From the NCBI GenBank assembly GCA_964187785.1, contig OZ076409.1, forward strand, positions 84,570,001 through 84,634,000: 64,000 nucleotides of DNA, in the 5' to 3' direction. Origin of the DNA: Amphiscolops sp. MND2022 (taxonomy: Eukaryota). Positions 12,811-26,700 of the stretch are shown one piece after another. The translations under genes and the position numbers were made by a program. Position 1 is the first letter of the stretch; every line of letters starts with the position of its first letter. The notes below the pieces were generated by a model, which worked only from the letters and a program-made list of their open reading frames with translations, searched no databases and was not told the origin of the DNA.

Positions 12811-14771
12811 CAACTCTACAAATAGACAATTAGACACAAATAGACACTCTTATGGTGTTAACTCATAAGACGATACTTCTAACCACTTGAAGTTGAATTA
12901 AAATTGACGTCAGCGATGGAATTGTTAGAATCGGTTTGGTCATGGTTGATCCATTACAGCAAAATTTACGAAGCTTCGCTTTCGAGAGAAAACATTCTAG
13001 GATTCACTATGAAAAACAAATCTTCATAAAACCCGCGAAACCATCCCCATTTGGATTTACTTGATTTTCTCGACGACTTAATCGTAAAGACCTGAAATTT
13101 GGCACGCGTATACATGATTTGATGTGCTACTGGTTTATAAAAATGGAACCGAGCCTAGACCCCCGGTCCCGGGCTCTTAGCACTAGGTATGTCCCCCGAA
13201 GAGCATGACGGCAAAGCTAGCAAGAGGTCGTATTATGTATGGAATTGATAGTCCATAGAATGTTAGGTAGCTTACGTATATTTTTGGAACTCTAAGACAC
13301 TCATAGAATGAGCAGGGATCCTATGTAAACAAACACTGGATGTTATGTAAATCGTCACCTTGGATTTACACCTAAATTGAATCTAGGATCATGAAACTTG
13401 CCCCAAAAAGTTCACCTACCAACACTATGTAAAACACATGAAAGGTACCTTGATCGGTCCAATGCGAGCAGAGTACTGTTTGTTCAAGACACGCTGGTCC
13501 GGCAGAATAGAAGCATTTGACCTTGGCTTGCAATATCTCGAACAAAATGCGATAACGAATGTAGTCGATTGCTAACGCGAACGAAAGTGAGGTTGTAACC
13601 CATCCGATGGTAACCGCCTTAATTAAACAAACGATACGCATATCGTGTGACTCGTGAACCTTTGACTCTAGAACCATTTAACTTGGCATGTTGCAACTTT
13701 GGATGGCTATGAATAAGTTCAAGGTCACGAGCGATCCTCAAGGTCCTCCTCGGGGGCGACTCCTGAACATTATCAAAACGTACGATAAAACAAAAAAGTC
13801 AGCTTCATTTGCGTGATAATTTATGCGTTTCAGTTAGGCGGGAAGATTCAGGGCTTAGCTGCATTCATAATGACGGAAAACGACTAATAGGATGACTCAT
13901 GACATTGGCAATCTCATGGATATTGTAAATGCAGAGATCCAAAGGTCTCTAAACAGTGCTATGGACAAACGGATAGTTCTTCAAAATACAAGTGGCTGTG
14001 AGTGCAGCTCATGATAGGTGAAATTATGTCCATGTTACGGGTACATCGTGTGGACTTTACACCGAACCCGAGAATAACTGTGCACATAAAGAATTGCCCA
14101 TTTGGTAATAGTTGGGTAATAGCCACAAGCAAGGTCAGATGAAGTAGATAGGTTTTTTATTATTGACATTTTGCGCTAGACGCGCGGTGGATATATCTCA
14201 GTAGGAACTTGCAATCACTTCTAACAAAAAGGGTTGGAAGCTAGAGTTCACAAGTTTGGTTTTTCTTCATCTATCTCAGGGACCCTATAGTGATTTCTCA
14301 GCTCTGTATGAGCACAATTATCCTCGTGTTCGACATGAAGTCCACATGTATACTTCACAGCTTAGTCTAATAAAAACTCGCTTCTTAAAGAATCCGGCTT
14401 TTACGTTTTTCTCACTTCAAAAAGAAGACTGTTTGCCACAAAATGCCAAAACAGGTCATGAAAATCCTTACTTTATCCTGCTGGCTAACTTTCTAAAAGA
14501 AAGTAGAACTGTTGAAATAGCAATAACTGAAAAAACTAATAGCACTGAAACTAGATGTTTTTCTAGAACAAAATTTTTGCAATCCAGCGGTAAATTGGGG
14601 ACTTATTCGTGTTAACGAAGCTAAAAATGACGTGACTGCCAGTAACAAACGGAAAACAAAACAAAAAAAGTACAGATAAATGTATCGATATTTTGGTATG
14701 ACAATCCATTTCACATTGGAAGGACCTTAATCAGCAATTACACGTCCTGAATTAATTTTTGGAACACACAA

Positions 14772-15173
14772 TCAAGTATATTTACTGATCGATGTCTCAG
14801 GCACTTGACTCAGAATTACACATCTTTTTGTAGACTCAATCATAAACACGACAAAACTCTTAGTGTCGAACCCATGCTGTTGGGCCGGCTTTGAAGGACC
14901 TTTCGAACTAGATGGCTGAGATTCGCTACTACTCTTGTTTACAATCGCCATCATTAAGTCCTTCAGTTGACTAAATTCTTGATGCAACTCGTTAATTCGG
15001 CGTTCATAACTCTCTTTTATTTCAGACAACTGGGACGAGATATCTGAACTGTCGTTAGTGTCAAAATCGTTCGAGTTTGACTGGGCCATGTTTGGATCTG
15101 CAGGAGATTCTATTTCTGATGAGGAATCAATGATTCTGCCGCTTCTGAGTACGGTTCCTTGGTCCTGATTCAT
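14772..15173 (-). CDS. gag: LTR-encoded gag-like N-terminus of solo LTR C, fused to about 30 codons of flank
   Basis: TVLRSGR start and coiled-coil-like SQLSEIKESYERRINELHQEFSQLKDLMM; 310 nt (103 codons + 1) inside the LTR. Confidence 0.65.
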   Translation of the reverse strand: MNQDQGTVLRSGRIIDSSSEIESPADPNMAQSNSNDFDTNDSSDISSQLSEIKESYERRINELHQEFSQLKDLMMAIVNKSSSESQPSSSKGPSKPAQQHGFDTKSFVVFMIESTKRCVILSQVPETSISKYT

Positions 15174-16999
15174 ATAGATAAGCGAAAAGATATGTGAGTG
15201 AAGACTGGATTTTCCTGAGACGTTATTTGGATGTATTTTACTGTTTTATATCTGATTATGCGATCTCGAATTCACTAAATTTGAACTGAGATGAATTAAA
15301 GATGAATCGTACAAATAAACAAGTCTCCAGTGATCAGAAGGAATTTACTAAAGGTAGGTAGGAAAGTTCATCCGGTTCTCATCGCAATGTAGGTTTACCA
15401 AAGAAATTACTCAGATAGTCGTGTTTTAGTTTCAGAGATGAATTAAGGATGTATTTTCAAGAAAATTCTGGCGTGAAATATCCAACTGGTCGGTAACTTA
15501 TCGTAAATCGGTCTGAGTAATCTCTAATGGCGGCCTAAAACTACAGCAGTTCACGTGTCTTTTCAGGCTGGTAAGACGCTAAGTCTCTTACCAGCCTCTT
15601 CTCATTGGCTACTGCCGGTTGGTGCTAATTGGTAAGTCACGTGACCGGTGTTGTGAACTGCCGCAGGGTGGCCACGCATCATGATCAATCTACATATGTG
15701 TAAATGGTGGTTAATCATCACTTTACAGTGTCATAATTACCTGCACATACCACAATGGTCTCTATAGCAACGAAATGAATTCAAAGTATTCAATAGCACA
15801 CTGATTTCAAGTCAAATTAGGGTAAAATGCATTGCGAGATAGGAAAACGATGTTTTCCAGTTGATTCTAGCACTAAAATCGATATTCTGAAATTGAGGAT
15901 GGATATGCGATGAAATATAGTCTTTCTCGTCCAAAAATCAACACTATTTTTAATGGCGATGGTAAAGGGATGAACTTCCTCCATAAATTACCAATTTCCA
16001 GCACAAACTAGATTGACGATGAATTTAGGATGGATTCATTCGATAAACTGCTAGATCTAGCGCAAAGTAAATCAGAGATGAGTTTAGGATGAACTCAACT
16101 AATAAAGCAACAATTCTAAAGGCAAATCGAATTAGCGATGAGTTTAGGATCAACTCGTCCACTAAAACGGCAAATTCCAGTTCAAGTAAAATTGGGATAG
16201 ATTAAGGATGAATTTACCAAACAAATCAGATAAATCAGCACTTTCACTCTTTTTTGGATGAATTAGGGATGTACTTTCTCATTTTTTCTTTCTGTTTACT
16301 TGTCAGGAGATGAATAAAGGATGCGTTACTGTCTTTCAAAAAATGAAAAGTACATTGGAAGTTTCTAAATGAAATACATCGATGAAATTAAGATGAAGTT
16401 ACTAAAGTAAAGTCCCATAAAATCCGCTGATGGATTAGTGATGAAAAATCAGTTTAAAGTCCCAATCGTTGTTCACCCGCAATTTCGGAGATGAAATTGC
16501 GATGAACTTTATTCAAAATGGCTCCAAATTAGATCCGCTGATAGATCTAACGAAATCGTCTGTCAAATTGGGTTCATCGTTGAATCCGCTGATGGACTAA
16601 TGATGAACTTTATGAAAGTGTTGTCACGACTACAAGTCCTGAGGCGGGGAGCTAGTAGAAGATATACATCTCATTACTTTCAATATCTCTCGGTCCAGTC
16701 TGACCGGAAAACTTCTCTCCCTTGTCGTGACAAACCAATATTCATGAAATATAGCACATTCAAGGCCATTTTTAGCAAGATCATTTATGCGGACACCGGA
16801 ACTAGAGCGCTCAGTATTAAGTAAATATATATAACTCAAACTCATGGGGGAAATGGGGATTAAGTACAAGTAACGTAGGGTTGCTCACAACCATGGCTCT
16901 TATTATATGACATCATATTGCCCATATCTAAGTACATAAGACATATTATTTACATTACAGATATTTAGTAGATTATATTTCCATCATGCTGGCATGACA
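14864..16999 (-). mobile_element. Solo LTR C (2136 bp)
   Basis: TG..CA ends (TGTCATGCC...GTTCGACA on minus) flanked by perfect 5-bp TSD CTTAG (14859-14863, 17000-17004); carries a gag-like N-terminal ORF at its 3' end. Confidence 0.9.
15890..16610. repeat. Degenerate array, about 60-bp period, with GATG-N7-GATG core inside solo LTR C
   Basis: Exact cores at 15898, 15958, 16018, 16077, 16257, 16309, 16381, 16429, 16490, 16591; one-mismatch cores at 16137 and 16196. Confidence 0.85.
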
Positions 17000-17170
17000 C
17001 TTAGGTTTCACAACTGTTCGTAGCATTGAATTTTTTTATCTTGATCTTGTTTTGAAGTTTAGTTGATCGGCTGAATGTTGTTGCTTGACTGTTTTTAATA
17101 GAGCAGACTGGTCCAGTTAGCGCACAAAGCAGTTGATCTGAGGCAGCGTCAGGGACCACCATGGACAATC

Positions 17171-17793
17171 AACAAGACAGGAACGTCTCAAGTCAGCGCC
17201 TCACTTAAAGCTCCAGAAGTGCAAAATTTTTGAAAATTGCTCAGGACTTTTTCAATAGAAAAACTAACATAAAAGTATCGGAACACCAAAAGGGCGCCTT
17301 CGTGCTCCTGTGCTGAAAACGCTTCTGCTGGGTTACATGGGAGCGCTTTTTCCGAATCTCCGACTGCTCCTTTGTAAAATGAAATGTAGCTCGGGTATAA
17401 CGTCAAAAATTCGAATATAGCACAATATTTTCGAACATTCACCTCTTCTTTAGTAAAACGCATTTTTTTTCGGATTTAACGTCAAAATTCGGATAGTATT
17501 GGAAAAAAAATATTGGTGAATATATACAGAGAAAACTTGATATCAGACAACAATTAAGAATTTTGACACTTTGAGATTTTTAACATCCATTATGTTGCAA
17601 AATATTCTAAAAAAAATTGAAGGGGACCACTTCGGGACATTGAAAACTTTTCGAAACATGTCTCAGAGTGCCTAAAAAATTCAAAAGGGGACCCTTTGGT
17701 CTCGATGGGTTTTGTATGTTACAATTAAAAAGAAAAATAAAAGGGCCCCTTTGCACGAACTTAGATGCGTTTCAGAGGTCTTCGTTCAGTTGA
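17171..17793 (-). mobile_element. Dispersed repeat family copy, interrupted by solo LTR D and continuing at 18872 to about 19000
   Basis: Reverse complement of the family terminus at 17171-17208. Removing the LTR gives TTCAGTTGAACAAACTGAACAAAA, whose TTGAACAAACTGAACAAAA part is the reverse complement of 29736-29754. Confidence 0.6.
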
Positions 17794-18871
17794 TGTAATG
17801 CCTGAATGGCATGATAGAAAATGAAGGTAATAAACTCAAAACTATTTACCTATAAAATACATGGAATGTCAAACAATAGATGATTGGAAATAAAAGTCAT
17901 CAAATTCAAACATGCTGTATATCCTAGTTAAGCAAACTGTCAAACTAAAGAACACTTTAACAAAGATTGGGGTAACCAATCATCATAATAGTTAGTTCAT
18001 CATCATAACATTCATTGGTTTTCATCGCAACACTCAATTGTCCAATACCAAAACGTTCATTTGTTCATCACCACAATATCCATTTGTCCATTATACTACC
18101 ACTCAATTATTTGTGATATACATATAGTGTTGCCATATTTACCATCAAATTACACATGCAAGTACGACTGAAACAATCAGTCATTCACATCATATAACAC
18201 CAATACAATATTACCTACCAACATGCCGTGATATATTTAATTACCAATGATTTCAGTACTGATGATTATTCTTTGCGAACTGAAAAATGCAGTTGCCATG
18301 ACGACTGAAACGCGTAGTCATACAGCAACCCCTCAAAGCAGTAGATCAATAATTGCGTTAATTCACACCAATAAAGGAAGGTGCTATGATGGGCTGGTGA
18401 AGTAACGTGACAGGGCGCATCACCAGCAGTGTATTCAAACCTGTTTGATAAATGACGAGAACACAACAAGATTTGCTGCTACGACTGATAGTTATCATCA
18501 TCATACTGCTATTGTAAACAAATTTGGAATACTCCCTAAGAATCTCAATACAAACCGTTTCAACTACAAATCTCTTATCGCTAAATCGATGAATACAATA
18601 AAATGTATAATTCCCTAAATAACGACGAAACAGCCAGTCTTCCTGAATTTTCCCTGAATGATATGGAAATTAGTGTTAATAACAATAATTCAAGTTACAA
18701 GAAAAAAACACGAGAGAGTCAGAATTCATAGACGCCTCTCTGACTTGAACAGACAAATAGGCGAACAACTAACTAGCTTAGTAAGGACTTTGACTGAAAG
18801 GATTGTTTCTAAAACTAGAGGAGGGATCGAAGTAAACACCTTAGCAACTGCTTCCTTTAGTCGTTCCGACA
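17794..18871 (+). mobile_element. Solo LTR D (1078 bp), old, related to C
   Basis: TGTAATGCC...TTCCGACA flanked by TSD GTTGA (17789-17793, 18872-18876); termini resemble C; decayed gag-like ORF 18658-18876 at its 3' end. Confidence 0.85.
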
Positions 18872-21078
18872 GTTGAACAAACTGAACAAAAATTTCATCG
18901 GATTCGAGTCTATCTTGAGGAAAAACTAAGAAAACTAATTACTGTAATAGTCTGGATTTTCTATTCCAAAAGCGCCCAATTCCGTCAAGATTTGATTCCG
19001 TCAATATAGTGTTTTTCATCAACTGGAGTTTTACCAGACTTGAGTTTTGTGGTTTCCTTTTCCAAATAGTATCTTTTTAATCGCTCAATTATTTAATGAA
19101 AAGTTTCTCAAATGAACAGTTAGAGAACGGAATCAGTCTGAAATATCCTTTTTTTGTCGAAAAATTGCTGAGAATGATAGAAACTTTTTTAAAAGCATAT
19201 AACAAAGAAGTATTTTTTATAACTATAATTTGGTTCCAAAACAAAAATTCTAGTGTATTTCTGGCTATAGCCATAACATCATTATCATATAACATCAACA
19301 AACTTCTCCCATAGAGTAACGTTTTAAAGGAATTTTAGCCATGATTTTCAATTTTTCACCCACGAGTAAACATTGGGAGAAGGGTTGGGCTGGGAAGCAA
19401 AATTCTAGCTGACAACTTTGACGTGTTTGATTTGTTATTAAAAACATACAAAATAAGGAAAGGTATGGCGGTGCCTATTGTTTACCTTTAGACACGTTTT
19501 GCGGGGAAATCGAACTTTGGAATACAACATTATTGTGGAGGGTGTGACATCTTTCCTTTTACGGAAATTACTTTGGGGTCACGTGATATATTTGTTCTTT
19601 CACGCCTTGTTTGTTGATTCGACGCGGTGGTCTAAAAATCCAACAGAAAAAAAACAAATTTGTGTTTCTGTTGCATCGATGAACTTCGATGCAGTTTAGT
19701 GTAGCATAGAACTTAGTTTCGTGAATTAAAATTTCATAACTTGTCTTTCGATTCATTTTTCCCTCTTTTTTTCTTTCTGGGGAAACGTGGATACAAAATG
19801 GCCGGGTTGAATTGAGTGAATATGGAGTGAATGGTGGAGTGTTATGATAATGACGTGGACTATTCAGAAGGGCATATTAGGGACAGATGGTGTGAATGAA
19901 AATTGATGAATAATGCAGTCACGATTTATCATCATTTGTGGGGATAACTGCCTCGCTGTATGCAAGAGAGCTCTCCATTTAGGCTATAGCTCATTTCATT
20001 CGAATTGATAACCAGAACGCTGTGTCTTTGATTACTTCGTCAAACAAACACTTTTCACCTGGACGCTTCCCTTGCCGCTATCAGCACACCGCCTTTGATG
20101 TACGCTGAAAGAGGAGAAAAAAGAGAACCACAATAATACTGCGCCAGCCAAGCTATCCAACCTATTCTTCGTAAATCCCGTAATTCCCTACCATCCAACA
20201 GCGAGCCACCACTAAACCACTAGCAACCATCCTACTTCTATCTCTCTAACTCTCTCTTCCTTTTTTCTTTCTCTCTACCCTCTCTCTGTCTTTTCCCGGC
20301 AAAACTGCAGCAACTACCAAACATCCCAAAAATCCCCTCATTTCCATCATTTCCCCACATCATTTTCCCTGGCTGCTTCTGAGGCCGTCGCCGCCAACCA
20401 ACCGCCCGAGCTACCGGCATCACGTGCCCGGCAACTCTGTCATCAATCTCTGGCAACATGAACCCCACTGGCCCCATAATACGCCTTACAAGGGGTGTCA
20501 TCATAAATTCCCCGTCACTTTTTCCCTTCCAAGCCCCAAGATATAAAAAGTGGGACCCACTGCAACCATTTCTAAGCTGCTAACATTAGCAACCGAGTAA
20601 ACACAACCCCCCCCCCATCCGGACCACCTTTCACACATTCCATTTCCCTTTCTTCTTTTTCCAGCGTTTCCACTTCGCCAGCCGGCGCCAAAGATCGGTA
20701 GCTGCGTCTACTTTACTGTTCTCTTCTACTACTACTGTGCATATTGCCTCTATGCCAAAGTCTTTTTCACGTGATAATCATGGAATATAATGTATCCGCT
20801 TGCAATTTTCCAAATGCTCCAATGAATAGGAATTTATCTGTCCTGAGTCTATATCGTCCCTTTATTGCAACTACCTTTAACTGCATATTTTCCCTCTATC
20901 TTCCCAGCTCTCCTTTTTTCTGTTCAACAACTCCCATTTTCACCAACATTTTGTTCCCACTTTCCCCAATTTTATGGCATATTGCCACAATTCCCGAAAG
21001 AACCCAACGCAAATTCCACGGCTGCCCAACCACGCCCCATTCCACACTGACGTTTTTGCCATTTTTGCACGATCCGGG

Positions 21079-21083
<5 letters not shown>

Positions 21084-21155
<72 letters not shown>
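21084..21155. repeat. (CT)n microsatellite, about 35 units
   Basis: Uninterrupted TC/CT run. Confidence 0.98.
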
Positions 21156-21158
<3 letters not shown>

Positions 21159-24100
21159 CAAAGTTCTCTCCCATCTTTCTGTTTTTTCATACCCCTTCCC
21201 AACTCCACAGTGCCAGCCCCACAGTACACAAAATGATGGGAAAGTTGGCGCTGAAAAAGAAGTCCTCACTTTGTTCAAATACTTTTTCACTCTTCATGGA
21301 GAGAGATAAAAACATGAAGGCGTAGAGAACAGTTGGCAGAAGTGAAAGTAATCCATTTTACATGGAATTTCGATGTATACACATGATGCCGATTGTGTCT
21401 CATTTTATTTGCATTTTCTCATTTCTAAGTGGTTCGAGTTTTGTTAATTCTAACAATAAGAGAAATATTATAGACGATATTATTGATGAATTATAGTCGT
21501 TTTCAATTCATTCAATGCTAGATGTTAAAGAAAAGATGACTGCAATTTTTTTATATAAAAAAAAACGGATGAAAAAATCCCAATCAAGAGAAAATGAAGG
21601 AAAATGGTTAATTTTAGATAATCGCAGGTCATAGATGAATCAAATGCGGAAGCAGGACGCCATAGATAGTCACGTGATGAGTAGTCACGTGATCAATTGG
21701 GCTAGTTAATCGTGACGTAATTGTTGGTGACGTGAGTAATTGTGGGGTAAGATGTAGAAGGTGTGTACGCCAGTGTTTTCAACAGAGCGGGTGATGATTT
21801 CATAGTTATGATGGAGCGATTTTTGTGGAAGCAAGGGCGGGATCAAAACACCTGGCAGTTTCCGCCACACTTATTACTTATTCTTCATTTTCAAGTTCGA
21901 GGCAATACACTTTCATCACAAATTTCACATTGATTTGCAAAGAAATAGAAAGAATAAATTTAACATGAGCGCGACATGCTCAAAAGAAGCTACATAAATT
22001 CAGATCAAAGCGAAGTTATTTCAATAATTAAAAAAAGTTCAAAGATTACTCCTCAGTAGCCAAAAACTCATCTTCGACATTTGCGGCGAAACGTCTGAAT
22101 GAAAATGAGCCATCAGAAATGAAAACAGCCATCAGAATTGATGGAATTTAGATAATATCACTACGTCAGAAATGGTCCCAATGGAGACCAAAAATGAATT
22201 TTGGAATGAATTTGATTTCCGATTATTCACAATTTTAATCCAATTTTTACCTTACCCCTCCCCTGCGTATAAACTTAGCATTTCCAATCCCTATTTTCCT
22301 CTTTGTTTCAAAACATTTCGCCTCCATCTTGTAAAATCATAGTAATGATGAAAAATGGTTCAATTTTTTGCTGCTGTTTTTGCAGTGTGTAGACTGATTT
22401 TTGAGTTGACTTTTAGAGCTGTTGCATTTAATCACGTGATCACGCTGAGTGATGCCAGCAGATATACTTCAAAGAAGCAGCATATAATCTAACAAGTAAG
22501 ACCTCAAACAAGTCTTCAATGTATGGAATAATTTCCCCTACCCTTTAAATTGTCGCCGTGGAATAATGAAATAACATCATTCAATCAATTTGCGTAGCAG
22601 CGAGGTTGTCGGTATTCAATTTCGCTATTCCTTTGTGATTTCATGAAAAAACACATCTATTGCTTCTGCATTCCATGCATAAGTACAATCTTTTCCATAA
22701 AGCGAGAACATTTCGCAGACTGAAATCCCCTGGTTGAATAAAAATTCAAAAAGAAAGCTGCCCGAATGATCCAAAGCTTCGCTGACAACTCTTTCTTAGT
22801 GATGAAATTTGTTTTTTTTTCACACAAAGCTTTCACACATCAGCTAAAAGCAGCCTCATTCAATGTTAAGTACTGTTTTTCTGCAAAAGAGCAGTCAACA
22901 AAATTGTTTTCTTTTATCTCCGTTCTGTATTCATGCCGCTCAAGTCCCTGTGAAAGTCCGAATTATTTTGATGTCTTTTTCTCACTGAGTAGGTCATTAT
23001 TTCGCCTGATCTTGTCTGAAATCTTTTCTTTTTTTGCTTTAATAAAATACTTCTTAAGATGTTCCGAAGAAACGTTATCAGATGAAAAACAGTCTGTCTT
23101 CAAGATAAATAAAAGCTAATAGAGAATATACTATAAAATTTTCATTGGCAACGTTCAGCGAATTACTGAAAGACTGTTATTGCTTTCATATTAAAAAACG
23201 AGCAGCATCATGTATTTAAAAAACAACTTCTATTTCTTGAATCTTGATATTATTGCATTCAATGCATATGTGCATATTGATGTCCGAAATTTATATAATT
23301 ATTAATTATTACCATGTATACATGGCAATTTCTCCTATGTTGAAATCTCTTTTCAGGGCGCTTTGGACCTCTCAAAGACCAGTTATGGCACATCGCTCCA
23401 GTTTGCTTCGCGCCTGAATTTAGGACACTATTTAAACGTCACTAACCACGATTTTCAAACTCCGATGATTCAACCGGGGAGATTTTGGCGTAGGATGCAC
23501 CAGCTTAAATTTTGACCTGACAGCGTTTCACAAAATGCTAATATTCAAACACTAATTTAATGAACAATGTTCTTCAATTTTTCATAAGGCTTCAATAAAT
23601 CAACTTTACTTAGTTTCTTAGATATTGAAAGATTCTAGGGCATTTTAAGTTTTTTTTGGAGTAATCAAAGAATGATTTATGTATTTCTCAGTGTTTTCTC
23701 GCAGAGTTCAGTGCATTTATTTGGGATCCGAATAAATTAGAACTAATGAATGAATGTGAACGAATGAATAATGATAGCTCCCATTTGCTCTTCGCTAACC
23801 AAAACTCAGGAATAATTTCGGCACTATTCAAGGACCCAGTTTTGAACTAAAAACGAGGGAGAGAGTTCTGATTCATTAGCTGTCGTGTCATACATAAATT
23901 TCCATATATATCAGGAATCTTAATTTTCCAATTTTGGAATACCAAAGACAATTTATGACTCCAAAGGGTCACATTAAGTGTTTCTAGTCTAGTGTGCGGC
24001 GCCACTATGGTTCGTTCTGAGATACCTCCTAGGAACTGCCTACGTAGGTCATCTGGTATACTTAGCCCTAATGCATGCTCTTTTTGGGATCCAGAACTTT

Positions 24101-24369
24101 TCATTTTCTGTGAAATTGATAAACAAAATTCCGTATAATCAAAATAATACGTATCAATTATTCTTCTTCTTTCACTAAAGAAAAAACAAGCAATTTTATA
24201 TTTCAAGCCAATAAGGGATCATACAAGCTCAAATTTGTGATATCGAAAGTTTCAAGCTCAAATATCTGGTGATTCTGGGCAATAAGATCAGTACTTCTCA
24301 ATGTTACAGAAGACTTGTCTATGTTTTTGGGAAACTAAGTGTATACTTTTTGGTGATCAGTGAAGAGGT

Positions 24370-25086
24370 TTTTAGTCGGTATTTTCGGAAAAAAAGCACA
24401 CCTCTTACAGTGGCTAGTTTGTTTCGTCAGTTGAACGCAATCGGTCCATTTTTTTGCACGTTTGTATGCACTTTTAGTATAACTTGGTACAGAAGTTAAT
24501 CGATTTAGGGGAAACTAAGCTGTCGCCGATTCGAGTCCCTGCTTCAGCCAGAAACCTTTTCCAACCCCTTCCGATTTTGTCGGCTTTGTGAGACTTTTTT
24601 TCGAATGATTTTAAAAGTCTTCAAAGGGTCCCCTTCAATGTTTTTGATATTTTGCTTCAACCTGGGGTTTCCAAAAACCCAAAAAACGCCCTTTTACAAT
24701 TTCCAGCATTGAGATTTTTGAAAATTAAAATTTTTCGTCCTAAAATTCCCAGTAGCCCAACACGCTAAATCCAAACTTTTGACGTTAAATCCGAAGTAAG
24801 TTGCCTTTCATCAAAGAGGAGATCAAAAAATTGCGCAAAATCTGAATTCTTTACGTCATAGCCGAAGTATGCGATATACAGAAGACTTTTGGAAAAATCC
24901 TAACATTTTATGTGTAACATTTTAATTTTTGAAGTTTTTTGCTTTGTTCTGGTTGGGAAAAAAATTTTCGAGTCTTACTCATATTCTTTTCGGGTACTTT
25001 TTGGCAGTAAAAAATTCATAAAAATTTTAAAAAGTGACTTTTTACATTTTCAAAAAACCTACTTTTTTGATCCTTGAGCGGGGGCC
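24370..25086 (+). mobile_element. Dispersed repeat family copy whose terminus is hit by the BEL/Pao insertion
   Basis: Family modules (GTGAGACTTTTTT, AAAGGGTCCCTTCAA); ends TTGAGCGGGGGCC immediately before 25087. Confidence 0.55.
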
Positions 25087-26700
25087 TGTAATGGAGAAGT
25101 CAACGACTTTAGTTTACAAGACTGACTCAATTGTTGGTTTCTCAACAATCACCTTGTAGTCCTTTTTGTAAAACAAGTCCGAACAACCACTGTCGACCAA
25201 CAGCCGCATCAAAACATAGCACATAACACCGTGCATCTGCCCGAACGGATACCCCATACAAAACGCCAAGTCATAATAGATGACAAACATCCAATTTCAC
25301 AGTTGCTCATTCTTGTAACAAATTGACAGGAACAGTGCTCTAGATTACAACACACCCGCCATGTTCTCTAGCAATTCTTTTGTTATCATCCGCTCGTTCC
25401 TCCATTCATTGCGTCATAACTCATTGCTACGTTTGCTGCCGTCAACATGCCTATGTTACACAACCACAAAAGTCCGTAATCTTCTTTGGCCCTTTTAGAC
25501 ACATTTGGCCCTTTTGTATCTGAAACAGCTGATGAGTACCACAAACGCTTGATGTTCACATGTTTTATAAGTCACGCCGTCGCCTATAATTTTCCCCAGA
25601 CGTATGATCAGCTGCCACCACTAATGCGTTCTGCGTGTTTTCGCTCGAGGTGGAACCCCTCTACTTCTTGTATCAGACAACGCAACGGATTTTGTCGCTG
25701 CCGCCGACAATGACTTGCAACTTATCTTCAAGAGATCACCGCTTCAGAATTTTCTGATAAACAAGGAAATCATATGAAAGTTTACTTCACCACACGCACC
25801 TCATTTTGAAAGATAATAGGAGCACATCATATGTTCTTGCAAAGACGCACTTTATTATGTCATAGGATATCAGGCGCTAACCGATGACACCTTCGCCACC
25901 GCCCTGAAAAAGACAGAAGCGTTCCTGAATAACAGACCAAAAGCTGACGTCCCCACTGACATCAAAGATACAGATGCCTTCACGACGAACCACTTTTGTG
26001 CTTTTATTCATTGTGCCACCCGGTCATTTCGATACCAAAACAAGTCACTTACAGCTGAAGATGGAAGTATTCACAACAAATTGCAGGTCATGTTTGAACT
26101 CGTTCGATCAAGCAATACCTGCAACCACGTTTACCCAGACAAAAGTGGCTCAAGCGCGCAACACGTCTGAAAATTGGCCAAACAAATTGGATCCTCAAAT
26201 ATCTCACAGCGGGAGATCTTTGGGTAATTGGAAGAATATCAGCTATCGATGACAACGACACACAGCAACAATGACAGAACGAATTCAAGACAAAAACAGG
26301 ACTTTGCAAAATTCAGCTTGTTGCATTGCACTAATAGAAGGTGAAGGAAACATACACCACCACAACCACTGCGACAAAAAAGATGAAGAAGAATAAGAAG
26401 CAAAAATCATTACACAATGAACAAGAACACAGCCCAGCAAAGACCAACTCGATACTACAGCAAACAACCGAACAGCAAAAACAAGATTTCGTCTCAACAC
26501 TTCAATTTCAAAAAATCTCAAAATCTTTTTGAACGCAACCCCTCAATAGCACATAGAACATAGGCCTAATAATTTTACCAAAGTGAAATGGGGCTGGCTG
26601 TTATGGAGATGTCAATGACTCAGTACAACTACAATTTTGCACTACGTCCTACGGCTTTTCATTCACAAGACTGATTCAGTTTTTGGTTTCTCAACAATCA
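25087..26700 (+). mobile_element. Decayed, internally deleted BEL/Pao-type LTR element
   Basis: Short diverged direct repeats 25087-25151 and 26599-26700 (TGTWATGGAGA...TTGGTTTCTCAACAATCA), purine-rich tract before the second. Integrase remnants LDTFGPF..LMFTCFISHAV, TALKKTEAFLNNRP and KQYLQPRLPRQKW are typical of BEL/Pao. TSD not clean. Confidence 0.7.

Noticed and set aside
20744..21325. ORFs with poly-ER or poly-LS
   Set aside because: Artefacts of the (CT)n microsatellite.
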